The notes: generated by a model from the sequence alone, not told the origin. A stretch of DNA of 64,000 nucleotides from Macrostomum lignano (GCA_002269645.1 NIVC01000793.1:310001-374000); one strand, 5' to 3'; shown: positions 36,301-47,720, counted from the first letter of the stretch. Numbers and translations are program-made.

Positions 36301-39300
36301 AGATACCCGATCTTGGACCTGTAGATACCCTTTGTAGATACCCTTAAATATATGTAAATACCCGATTTAGGACCTTATGTAGATACCCGATCTAGGACCT
36401 TATGTAGATACACGATCTTGGACCTTATGCAAATACCCGATCTAGGACCTGTAGATACCTTTTGTAGATTCCCTTATTTATATCTAGATACCCGATCTAT
36501 GTAGGGAGATCTTATGTAGATACCCGATCTAGGACCTGTAGATACCCTTTGTAGATACCCTTAGATATATGTAGATACCAAATCTCGGGCATTGCATGCA
36601 GGTAGACTTGTTTTTGCTGCTTGAAAGCTTAGTACAGCATTAATTAATAATTATCGAGAGCCTTAGCTGCAGGAAGCTCGTGCATCGGCACGCAGCTTCC
36701 TCTCCAACATTTCCTGCTAGCAGTTCTCAGTTGATGGGCTTTGTTCATCATCTTCATCAATTTTCTACCAGGAGAAGAAGTTGGAAACAGTCCGATAGGC
36801 GCGCGACGAGTCTCAATGATTTATTTATGGCTCGCTAGTCAAAGCCCCATCCAACTCAGCCTCCCCCCCTGGTTGCCGTGTCAGAGATCCGGGCCGACTT
36901 CCTCGCTTTTATTTCCCGAAAGTTTCAGGGGAAATTTCCCCTGAAGCCAAAACCGCAGGAGTCAGACAGAGATGGAGAGGTGGCCTGGATGACTGCTCAT
37001 AAATTCAGACAATTTGCATCCAGAAATAGACTCTCCTACTGAACTGCCTCTGCTCGAGTCGCTGAAAATGGCGAATATTCCCCGAGCTCGTTTGCCTCGG
37101 CTCTCAGCTCTGCGTTATGAATTATGAGAACTTGAAAAACTTTTTCTTCGGTTCATTCATTCTCTGGGTATTGGATCTCGTCTATTTGGACTTTTTTGTC
37201 ACTATTTTTCTCATCAGTTGTACTGTAATTGAGAATATTGCCAGTGAGGAGAGGGGTGGTTGTCAGTGAGGAGTGGAGTGGTTGTCAGTGAGGAGTGGAG
37301 TGGTTGTCAGTGAGGAGTGGGGTGGTCGCCAGTGAGGAGTGGGGTGGTTGCCAGTGAGGAGTGGGGTGGTTGTCAGTGAGGAGTGGGGTGGTTGTCAGTG
37401 AGGAGTGGAGTGGTTGTCAGTGAGGAGTGGGGTGGTTGCCAGTGAGGAGTGGGGTGGTTGCCAGTGAGGAGTGGGGTGGTTGCCAGTGAGGAGTGGGGTG
37501 GTTGTCAGTGAGGAGTGGGTGGTTGCCAGTGAGGAGTGGGTGGTTGCCAGTGAGGAGTGGGGTGGTTGCCAGTGAGGAGTGGGGTGGTTGCCAGTGAGGA
37601 GTGGGGTGGTTGCCAGTGAGGAGTTGGGTGGTTGCTGTTGCCAGTGAGGAGTGGGGTGGTTGCCAGTGAGGAGTGGGGTGGTTGCTGTTGCCAGTGAGGA
37701 GTGGGGTGGTTGCCAGTGAGGAGTGGGGTGGTTGCTGTTGCCAGTGAGGAGTGGGGTGGTTGCTGTTGCCAGTGAGGAGTGGGGTGGTTGCTGTTGCCAG
37801 TGAGGAGTGGGGTGGTTGCCAGTGAGGAGTGGGGTGGTTGCCAGTGAGGAGTGGGGTGGTTGCTGTTGCCAGTGAGGAGTGGGGTGGTTGCTGTTGCCAG
37901 TGAGGAGTGGGTGGTTGCCAGTGAGGAGTGGGGTGGTTGCCGTTGCCGTTGCCAGTGAGGAGTGGGGTGGTTGAGAGGCGTGATAAAGAGGCAGCGTGTT
38001 TACGAGTATTTTACGAGTTTACGAGTTTACGAGTTTACGAGTTTACGAGTTTACGAGTTTACGAGTTTACGAGTTTACGAGTTTACGAATATTTACACTT
38101 AGATTCAAACAGAATCTACTTCGTACGTAACAAAACTATTTTTCTCGTCCACCTCATTCAGGCTGTCAAGTCTGTTGGGCAGCTAGTAGTCAATCAGGTG
38201 TTGCTGGGCACCTGCTGTCAGAACGTCTCGGTAAGACGCAATTAATTAATGGTTTCCATTTTAAACTGCGATGAGTTCGTGCTCAGAGATCACTCCAATC
38301 CAATCCCTCAAATCCAATACAGCACTTGACCAGCGTGTGGATGGAGGGCAGCGCCGGCTGTCACCTTTCTAATTGGCTCTTTCACCTGGGCAGCCTGTTG
38401 GTCTACTCCGATATTGGACTGCATTGCTGGCGGTGAGCAGCTCTGGATTGGGTGGGTGCGAGAGTGAGGGTTGGAGTGGGTGCGGGAGTGAGGGGTGGGG
38501 TGGGTGCGGGATTGAGGAGTGGGTTGGTGCGAAATTGAGGAGCGGGGTGGGTGCGGTAAGGAGTGGGGTGGGTGTAAGAGTGAGGAGTTGGTTGGGTGCG
38601 GAAGTGAATGAGGAGTGGGGTGGGTGCGGAAGTGAATGAGGAGTGGGGTGGGTGCGGAAGTGAATGAGGAGTGGGGTGGGTGCGGAAGTGAATGAGGAGT
38701 GGGGTGGGTGCGGAAGTAAGGAGTGGGGTGGGTGCGGGAGTGAGGAGTGATGGGTGGGTGCGGAAGTGAATGAGGAGTGGGGTGGGTGCGGAAGTAAGGA
38801 GTGGGGTGGGTGCGGGGGTGAGGAGTGTTATACATCGTAAGTGCAGGTGTTCAGATAAATACAGGCACTTTAACAGGGAATCAGGATGCTGGGATCATAA
38901 ATCAAACTATGATTGTGACCGATTGGCCTGCCATGGCTTCCAACCCTCAGCGTGGCGGTCATCATGGACTTCGGTCGCCTCAGGCGCACTCATGTAAGTG
39001 ACGCCCAAGTGATGAAGCGGCTCAGCTGCCTTGTAGCTTTATGGATAGCAGCTTTGGCAGGAGTCACGACGGTGTCTCTGACGGGTCACCTGACCTGGTT
39101 TGTGGCGGACTCGAACGGTCAAGGGCGGTGTTTTCAGATAAGCATTGACGGCTGCTTGAGTGCCGGTAAGTGGCTGGTTGGACCTGTTTCAACTTATGTC
39201 ACTGTTGCATCAGTGTGAGATCACTCCTAAATTATAAAAAGTGACGATAAATTTCAGAGCACCTTCTCATCGTTCTTTGGTCGCTGAGGCAGGCCTACAG

Positions 39301-42300
39301 TGCGCGAGTCGCGCCAGACTGTTACAATAATTCATTAAAGTCGGCAGTTTGTCTGTACAATTTTGCACTGGGCTGGCCTGTGCTGTACGCCGTGCTGTGA
39401 GTGAGGAATGAGGTGGCGGGTGAGGAATGGGGTGGTGGGTGGAGAATGAGGTGGTGGGTGAGGAATTGGGTGGCGGCTGAGGAATGGGGTGGTGGGTGGA
39501 GAATGGGGTGGTGGGTGAGGAATGGGGTGGTGCGTGAGGAATGGGGTGGTGGTTGAGGAATGGGGTGGTGCGTGAGGAATGGGGTGGCGGGTGAGGAATG
39601 GGGTGGTGGGTGGAGAATGGGGGTGGTGGGTGGAGAATGGGGTGGTGGTTGAGGAATGGGGTGGTGGTTGAGGAATAGGTTGGTGGGTGAGGAATGGGGT
39701 GGTGGGTGGAGAATGGGGTGGTGGTTGAGGAATAGGTTGGTGGGTGAGGAATGGGGTGGTGGGTGGAGAATGAGGTGGTGGGTGAGGAATTGGGTGGTGG
39801 GTGAGGAATGGGTTGGTGGGTGAGGAATGGGGTGGTGGGTGTATAATGGGGTGATGCGATTTTAGCTATTAGATGTGGAAAACTCGCGAGTACATGTAAT
39901 TAACTTAATTACAATATTGATTCCAGACTGATGATTCATGAGTCGGAGCTGCCAGATTTTTATGCCAAATTGGCGGCATTTTTGTTCACCATGACAGTCG
40001 TGACTTCCGTACAGCTCGTCTTCGTGTTGCAGCAAGTGAGGATTTTTGGAAATCCATATCGTACTAAAAAAGGAATCGTATCTACCTTTGTTGTACCGCA
40101 ATCCAAGTCTCGCCCATGAGACAAATAAACGTCTCTTTCCATTTCTCTCTTTCTCCCCATTCCCTCCCGTTCGAACACAACAGTTAATAACAACAGCTTT
40201 CGTTTTATCTATTCTCCTCAACATTGTCAATCAAGCATCGCTAATGAACCTACCCACAGAGTTAAGACCTTATCCGTGTTCTTTACAACGCATTGCGGGT
40301 TTTGCAAAGCCAAACAGTCGGATCCCATGGTAATTAGCCCACAGACTGCCTATCCCATGTATCCTTTGCACTGAAAATTCTCACAACGGGGACCGCCTTG
40401 TGCGAGAGGGTGAAAACCCATGTAGCAAGTTAGGCAGCCCGCAGGGAGAGGCACTTCCCTGCTGGCTACTACAGTTCCTTTTCCCTACATCGGTGGGCCG
40501 AACGCAGAGGGTTCATAGTGATCTTGTATCGCTAGATATTGGCATTTCGGCAATAGCGCAATCTCTGCTCTCGGCTTCAAAGAAAATTAGGGGTAGATAG
40601 GGGGACTGGCAGGGAGAGAAGAGGGCGATAATGGGAGGGAGATAAGGGTTGAGATGGAGAGTGAGAGTAAGAAAGATGGGAAGTGAGAGGGAGAGATCGG
40701 GAGTGAGAGTAAGAAAGATTGGGAGAGATGGGGATGTGAGAGGGAGAGATGGGGAGGGAGAGGGAGAGATGGGGAGTGAGAGGGAGAGATGGGAAGTGAG
40801 AGGGAGAGATGGGAAGTGAGAGGGAGAGATGGGAAGTGAGAGGGAGAGATAGGAAGTGAGAGGGAGAGATGGGAAGTGAGAGGGAGAGATGGGAAGTGAG
40901 AGGGAGAGATGGGAAGTGAGAGGGAGAGATGGGAAGTGAGAGGGAGAGATGGGGAGGGAGAGGGAGAGATGGGGAGTGAGAGGGAGAGATGGGAAGTGAG
41001 AGGGAGAGATGGGAAGTGAGAGGGAGAGATGGGAAGTGAGAGGGAGAGATGGGAAGTGAGAGGGAGAGATGGGAAGTGAGAGGGAGAGATGGGAAGTGAG
41101 AGGGAGAGATGGGAAGTGAGAGGGAGAGATGGGAAGTGAGAGGGAGAGATGGGGAGTGAGAGGGAGAGATGGGGAGTGAGAGGGAGAGATGGGGAGTGAG
41201 AGGGAGAGATGGGGAGTGAGAGGGAGAGATGGGGAGTGAGAGGGAGAGATGGGGAGTGAGAGGGAGAGATGGGGAGTGAGAGGGAGAGATGGGGAGGGAG
41301 AGATGGGGAGTGAGAGGGAGAGATGGGGAGGGAGAGGGAGAGATGGGGAGGGAGAGGGAGAGATGGGGAGGGAGAGGGAGAGATGGGGAGTGAGAGGGAG
41401 AGATGGGGATAAAAGCCACCCAAGTGCAGCTGGAATGATAAATATGCTTATTTAATCCTTCAGCGACCCCGCCTGAACCACCTGAGCCAATATCCAGGCT
41501 CAATGTGAGCTGCCATCCCTTCCCAACCCTCGCTACCCCCACCGCAGATTTCTTGCACGCCTCACCGCCTCCCAGCAGCTGCTGCTCCATCTTCTATTCT
41601 GCCCCATCGTGCTCAAATGGAGAATAGATCGATCGTGAGAGGCTGGGGCATTCGAAACTATGGAAGCAGAAGGAATTGTAGCCGTCGCCTTGAACAATTG
41701 CTGGTCGGGAGGGTGGGCGGGGGCTGAAGGGAAAGTGCTTCTGATAGATTGATTTGCTCATATATACTATGATTAATCGGCTATTCTTTCTGATATTTTT
41801 TCATGAGGATTTATTACCGAGGATATATATTTACCCCTTAGAAAATTCAGCACCTGGAATCTGCTGATCTGTTGGGCCGAAATCAAATTTCACCTTAACC
41901 CATGCGCCTACTGAGATGAATCAACTGTTATCCTCAGGTGCAATTAGAATCAACTGTTATCCTCAGGTGCAATTAGAATCAACTGTTATCCTCAGGTGCA
42001 ATTAGAATCAACTGTTATCCTCAGGTGCAATTAGAATCAACTGTTATCCTCAGGTGCAATTAGAATCAACTGTTATCTTCAGGTGCAATTAGAATCAACT
42101 GTTATCCTCAGGTGCAATTAGAATCAACTGTTATCCTCAGGTGCAATTAGAATCAACTGTTATCCCCAGGTGCAATTAGAATCAACTGTTATCCTCAGGT
42201 GCAATTAGAATCAACTGTTATCCCCAGGTGCAATTAGAATCAACTGTTATCCTCAGGTGCAATTAGAATCAACACCTGCCAACCTCAGCACCTGATCGCT

Positions 42301-44858
42301 TGACGCCCTATCCCTAAATCCTTTGCCAGCTGCTGCAGATCCGCAGCGGCTATGAGGAGATCAGCATCCCGGTATCCGACATCACTGGTGGCTCGGCCAC
42401 CCACCGAGTGGACGTGTGCCTGAGCAACAGCGGCCGGGTTGTCAGCATGAAGTGCGTGCCCTGCGGCCAGCTAATTCTGTCGCCGTTTCACGAGCACCAG
42501 CGCCAGCACCAGCGGGAGCTGCAGCAACAGCAGCAGCACCTGGGAGAAGCCGAGGCAGGCAGTTCGCTAGCGGCTCAGGAGACGAGCAGCGAGGCGAGAG
42601 CTGCGGTTGAAGTCTTCAAGGGATACACCGAGGTGAGCTGGCTAAGTGCGAAGGAGGGAGCGGATCAAGAAATGACAAAGAGAGCGGATCAAGATATGAG
42701 GGAGGGAGCAGATAAGGAATGAGGGAGAGAGTCGATCAAGAAATGAATGAGTAAACGGTTCAAGAAATGAGGGAGGGAGCGGATCAAGAAATGAGGGAGG
42801 GAGCGGATCAAGAAATGAGGGAAAGAGCGGATCAAGAAATGAGGGAGGGAGCGGATCAAGAAATGAGGGAGAGAGCGGATCAAGAAATGAGGGAAAGAGC
42901 GGATCAAGAAATGAGTGAGAGAGCGGATCAAAAAATGAGGGAAAGAGCGGATCAAGAAATGAGTGAGGGAGCGAATCAAGAAATGAGGGAGAGAGCGGAT
43001 CGAGAAATGAGGGAGAGAGCGGATCAAGAAATGAGGGAAAGAGCGGATCAAGAAATGAGGGAGGGAGCGGATCAAGAAATGAGTGAGGGAGCGGATCGAG
43101 AAATGAGTGAGTGAGCGGATCAAGAAATGAGGGAGAGAGCGGATCGAGAAATGAGGGAGAGAGCGGATCGAGAAATGAGGGAAAGAGCGAATCAAGAAAT
43201 GAGGGAGAGAGCGGATCGAGAAATGAGGGAGAGAGCGGATCAAGAAATGAGTGAGAGAGCGGATCAAGAAATGAGTGAGAGAGCGGATCAAGAAATGAGG
43301 GAGGGAGCGGATCAAGAAATGAGGGAAAGAGCGGATCAAGAAATGAGGGAAAGAGCGGATCAAGAAATAAGGGAGGGAACGGATCAAGAAATGAGGGAAA
43401 GAGCGGATCAAGAAATGAGTGAGGGAGCGGATCAAGAAATGAGTGAGAGAGCGGATCAAGAAATGAGTGAGAGAGCGGATCAAGAAATGAGGGAGGGAGC
43501 GGATCAAGAAATGAGGGAGAGAGCGGATCAAGAAATGAGGAAGGGAGCGGATCAAGAAATGAGGGAGAGAGCGGATCGAGAAATGAGGGAGAGAGCGGAT
43601 CAAGAAATGAGTGAGGGAGCGGATCAAGAAATGAGGGAGGGAGCGGATCAAGAAATGAGGGAGGGAGCGGATCAAGAAATGAGTGAGGGAGCGGATCGAG
43701 AAATGAGGGAGAGAGCGGATCAAGAAATGAGGGGGACAGAGCGGATGAAGAGACAGAGGAGGGAGTGGATGAAGAGACAGAGGAGGGAGCGGATGAAGAG
43801 ACCGAGGAGGGAGCGGATGAAGAAACAGAGGAGGGAGCGGATGAAGAGACAGAAGAGGGGGTGGATGAAAGAGCGGATGACAGCAGGAAAAAGCTACTGC
43901 TGCGGGGGCGCAATGGAGAGCATCAATTCAGCTAAAAGATTCCACAATAGCCATCCAGCCTCTGTCTAAAGCAAAAAAGAATCGGCCTGAACAATGCAGA
44001 GGTCCTTGAATAAGCTGTTGTTTCGCTTTCCGCAGCCGGGCGTCTCTTAATAGAAAAGAGAGAAGCATTTAAAAGTACATTTGCCAATCTCCATGCTAAA
44101 AAAGCTGAGACAGCTATCGTTTTCCCTATAGTAGCTAGCTAGACCATTTGTCCTTGCCCCAGCATACGAGGTGGGCAAGGTTGGGTGACAATGGGCCGCT
44201 GTGTTCTTCTTTTTGTCTGCTTCCCGATGCTGTTTCTGCTTGGTGCCAGAATAGCATTACTATTTTGTTTTATTATACAGTACGGGTTAATGGCTTAGCT
44301 ATATACTACTGTTGTTAAGTAGCTTTGTAATACAAGCGGGTAGCTTAAATTTTAGTTTTTCAACAAACAATAGGTTGTCACCCCCTCACGAACTTCACAC
44401 TCGCTCGCCAGGAGGAGTTCGACCGCCTGGTGGACATGTTCCAGCAGCTCAAGACGGAGAATCTGCACCTGAGCAAGCGGCTCGAGTCCATGCGCTGCGC
44501 CCAGCAGCAGCGCTCCATCGGTGGCCGACGTCGGCCGTGCATGTCGACAACATCGTCGTCGCTCTGCCTGGGCGGCGGCAACCCCGGCGGCGGGGCTGGC
44601 TGGGAGTCCAGCGACACCCTCAACACGGCACTGACTGGAGGGCCCGCGGCCAGCGTCGGATCCTGCGACACCCTTGCGGATGAGCGCGAGGCAGGAGATG
44701 AGGACGGCAGGCTGGAGTCCAGCAGTCGCCGCACGACGACGCTGCCAAAGTCGGTCAGCTTCCCGGCCACGGCTTCGGGGACCGCCGGGAACGGGCTGCA
44801 GTTCCTGCCGGCTATTCCAGAGCGGCACTGCCTGCAGAGCAGGGAGCAGTTCTTCTGA
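30381..44858 (+). CDS. Putative divergent 7TM (secretin/adhesion-class-like) membrane protein, about 586 aa; exons 30381-30638, 38162-38230, 38323-38432, 38951-39165, 39258-39396, 39927-40035, 41464-41504, 41548-41634, 42347-42632, 44412-44858
   Basis: Nine GT-AG introns with consecutive phases 0,0,2,1,2,0,2,2,0 give one 1761-nt frame. It has at least seven hydrophobic segments, a Cys at the top of the third (GCHLSNWLFHLG), a Cys in the following loop (GRCF) and a coiled-coil-like tail (EEEFDRLVDMFQQLKTENLHLSKRLESMR). The start codon and family are inferred. Confidence 0.7.
30660..31910. repeat. 21-bp minisatellite (GTGAGACTGGGGACAGATGCT) with 14-bp deletion variants, at the start of intron 1 of the 7TM-like gene
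   Basis: Direct periodicity. Confidence 0.97.
32960..33180. mobile_element. MITE-like element with about 45-bp terminal inverted repeats
   Basis: GCCAAGGAGGTCCAGAGCCAGAACCTCGGGTAGCAACTCTT versus the reverse complement of the right end GCCAAGGAGACTCAGGGCCAGAACTTGGGGTAGCAACTCTT; no clear target-site duplication. Confidence 0.7.
33661..33760. repeat. 29-bp unit x3 (GAGACCAGTTACCATTGAGCACTTATTGA)
   Basis: Period 29 measured. Confidence 0.9.
34995..35640. repeat. 19-20-bp purine-rich minisatellite (GGGGAATGTAGGGAGAGAT)
   Basis: Direct periodicity. Confidence 0.95.
36290..36585. repeat. Degenerate array built on GTAGATACCC(GATCTAGGACCT)
   Basis: About 12 imperfect copies of variable length. Confidence 0.8.
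37243..37975. repeat. 22-bp G-rich minisatellite (CCAGTGAGGAGTGGGGTGGTTG) with 28-bp insertion variants
   Basis: Direct periodicity. Confidence 0.96.
38008..38087. repeat. 8-bp tandem repeat (TTTACGAG)n
   Basis: About 10 perfect copies. Confidence 0.97.
38445..38825. repeat. ~28-bp G-rich array (GAGGAGTGGGGTGGGTGCGGAAGTGAAT) filling intron 3 of the 7TM-like gene
   Basis: Direct periodicity, degenerate at the 5' end. Confidence 0.9.
39397..39850. repeat. 19-bp G-rich array (GTGAGGAATGGGGTGGTGG) filling intron 5 of the 7TM-like gene
   Basis: Begins at the splice donor. Confidence 0.95.
40660..41408. repeat. 20-bp purine-rich array (GAGAGGGAGAGATGGGAAGT)
   Basis: Direct periodicity, about 36 copies. 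Confidence 0.96.
41919..42273. repeat. 29-bp homogeneous array (AATCAACTGTTATCCTCAGGTGCAATTAG) x ~12
   Basis: Direct periodicity. Confidence 0.98.
42655..43880. repeat. 24-bp array (GAGCGGATCAAGAAATGAGGGAGA) in the last intron of the 7TM-like gene
   Basis: 8-residue periodicity in the ORF track; the unit switches to GAGCGGATGAAGAGACAGAGGAGG after about 43735. Confidence 0.97.
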
Positions 44859-45704
44859 GTCCAACAGTGGAGCTCAGACAGCGCCTCAGCGCTGGGGTTG
44901 TCGGAGTCAGGTTAGTGGGTTTAAACCATAGAAGCTGAATTGTCTATGGTCAAAAATCCTAATCAGTTCATCAAGTTCGATTTGGAACAATTTTAACTTT
45001 ATAAACAACTGTCAGTTTCTGTACTTTTGTACTTTAATTTCAGTTCCAGCTTTGATTGGTTCCGCAGAATTAAGTTTGCAGACATTCTGCTTTTTTGCGT
45101 AGATAAATCGTTGCTCATGTAGGTACAGTAGCTAGTACAGTTTAATGTACGTACACTCATTTTTATCCAGCAAACGTTTGCTTCCATTCTATAAGCAGTT
45201 ACATTTACATTCATTGTGTACAGTAATTCCGTATCGAATGTACATTACTAGCTACAGGTAATTAATATTTGATTGCGCACAGATTAAAATCCCAATCTTT
45301 GACAAATCTTCCACCAGTAAAATTCTCTGCTTCAAGCTCACAGCAGCAACTGTAATCCACTGTTAGAATTTGACTCGACTCCTAGATTTTTGTGTTCAAA
45401 TTGATTTTTGTTATGCCAATTGCCTAGAATTAGCAAATACTTTTAGCTATTCTCCCCTGTTTCATTTGCTTACAACTGAGTGTGACCACTAAATTTCCAC
45501 TTTATTTTAAAGTTCTGCATTAATTACCAATAAATTTCTAACCGTGGACAGAAAGCGCAGCTGATAAGACCGTTGCATATTGTGAGATCTCAAATGTAAC
45601 TGTAGAATGGTCTGCATTTGTATTATCCCTTACAATGCACTCAGATTGATACACGGGGATTATGAAGGAAACAATTTCAGGTTTGAAGAGTCTTGAGGAT
45701 TAAG

Positions 45705-47720
45705 TAATCAGATGTCTGGGGACTGTGAGGATTAAGGAGTCAGATGTCTGAGGACTGTGAGGATTAAGGAGTCAGATGTCTGGGGACTGTGAGGATTGAG
45801 GAATCAGATGTCTGGGGACTGTGAGGATTGAGGAATCAGATGTCTGGGGACTGTGAGGATTGAGGAATCAGATGTCTGGGGACTGTGAGGATTAATTAGG
45901 AATCAGATGTCTGGGGACTGTGAGGATTAATTAGGAATCAGATGTCTGGGGACTGTGAGGATTAAGGAATCAGATGTCTGAGGACTGTGAGGATTAGGGA
46001 GTCGGATGTCTGGGGACTGTGAGGATTAGGGAGTCGGATGTCTGGGGACTGTGAGGATTAGGGAGTCAGATGTCTGGGGACTGTGAGGATTAGGGAGTCA
46101 GATGTCTGGGGACTGTGAGGATTAGGGAATCAGATGTCTGGGGACTGTGAGGATTAGGGAGTCAGATGCCAGGGGACTGTAAGGATTAGGGAGTCAGATG
46201 TCTGGGGACTGTGAGGATTAGGGAGTCGGATGTCTGGGGATTGTGAGGATTAAGGAGTCAGATGTCTGGGGACTGTGAGGATTAGGGAATCAGATGTCTG
46301 GGGACTGTGAGGATTAGGGAGTCGGATGTCTGGGGACTGTGAGGATTAGGGAGTCAGATGTCTGGGGACTGTGAGGATTAGGGAGTCAGATGTCTGGGGA
46401 CTGTGAGGATTAGGGAGTCAGATGTCTGGGGACTGTGAGGATTAAGGAATCAGATGTCAGGGGACTGTGAGGATTAGGGAGTCGGATGTCTGGGGACTGT
46501 GAGGATTAGGGAGTCAGATGTCTGGGGACTGTGAGGATTAGGGAGTCAGATGTCTGGGGACTGTGAGGATTAGGGAATCAGATGTCTGGGGACTGTGAGG
46601 ATTAGGGAGTCAGATGCCAGGGGACTGTGAGGATTAGGGAGTCAGATGTCTGGGGACTGTGAGGATTAGGGAGTCAGATGTCTGGGGATTGTGAGGATTA
46701 AGGAGTCAGATGTCTGGGGACTGTGAGGATTAGGGAATCAGATGTCTGGGGACTGTGAGGATTAGGGAGTCGGATGTCTGGGGACTGTGAGGATTAGGGA
46801 GTCAGATGTCTGGGGACTGTGAGGATTAGGGAGTCAGATGTCTGGGGACTGTGAGGATTAGGGAGTCAGATGTCTGGGGACTGTGAGGATTGAGGAATCA
46901 GATGTCTGAGGACTGTGAGAATTAATTAGGAATCAGATGTCTGGGGACTGTGAGGATTAGGGAATCAGATGTCTGGGGACTGTGAGGATTAGGGAGTCAG
47001 ATGCCAGGGGACTGTAAGGATTAGGGAGTCAGATGTCTGGGGACTGTGAGGATTAGGGAGTCGGATGTCTGGGGACTGTGAGGATTAGGGAGTCAGATTT
47101 CTGGGGACTGTGAGGATTAGGGAGTCAGATGTCTGGGGACTGTGAGGATTAGGGAGTCAGATGTCTGGGGACTGTGAGGATTAGGGAGTCAGATGTCTGG
47201 GGACTGTGAGGATTAAGGAATCAGATGTCTGAGGACTGTGAGGATTAATTAGGAATCAGATCTCTGGGGACTGTGAGGATTAAGGAATCAGATGTCTGGG
47301 GACTGTGAGGATTAGGGAGTCGGATGTCTGGGGACTGTGAGGATTAGGGAGTCAGATGTCTGGGGACTGTGAGGATTAGGGAATCAGATGTCTGGGGACT
47401 GTGAGGATTAGGGAGTCAGATGCCAGGGGACTGTGAGGATTAGGGAGTCAGATGTCTGGGGACTGTGAGGATTAGGGAGTCAGATGTCTGGGGATTGTGA
47501 GGATTAAGGAGTCAGATGTCTGGGGACTGTGAGGATTAGGGAGTCAGATGTCAGGGGACTGTGAGGATTAGGGAGTCAGATGTCTGGGGACTGTGAGGAT
47601 TAGGGAGTCAGATGTCAGGGGACTGTGAGGATTAGGGATTCAGATGTCTGGGGACTGTGAGGATTAAGGAGTCAGATGTCTGGGGACTGAGGATTAAGGA
47701 GTAGATGTCTGGGGACTGTG
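45705..47720. repeat. 32-bp satellite (GATGTCTGGGGACTGTGAGGATTAGGGAGTCA), about 62 copies
   Basis: Direct periodicity. Confidence 0.98.

Noticed and set aside
42330-42346. Alternative acceptors at 42329 and 42338 for the penultimate 7TM exon, and at 44373 for the last exon
   Set aside because: Wrong phase for the upstream donors; only 42346/42347 and 44411/44412 keep the frame.
42642-43969. MREGADQE-repeat ORFs resembling coiled-coil or antigen repeats
   Set aside because: 24-bp intronic array; the frame from the upstream exon stops at 42722 and the flanking exons join in phase without it.
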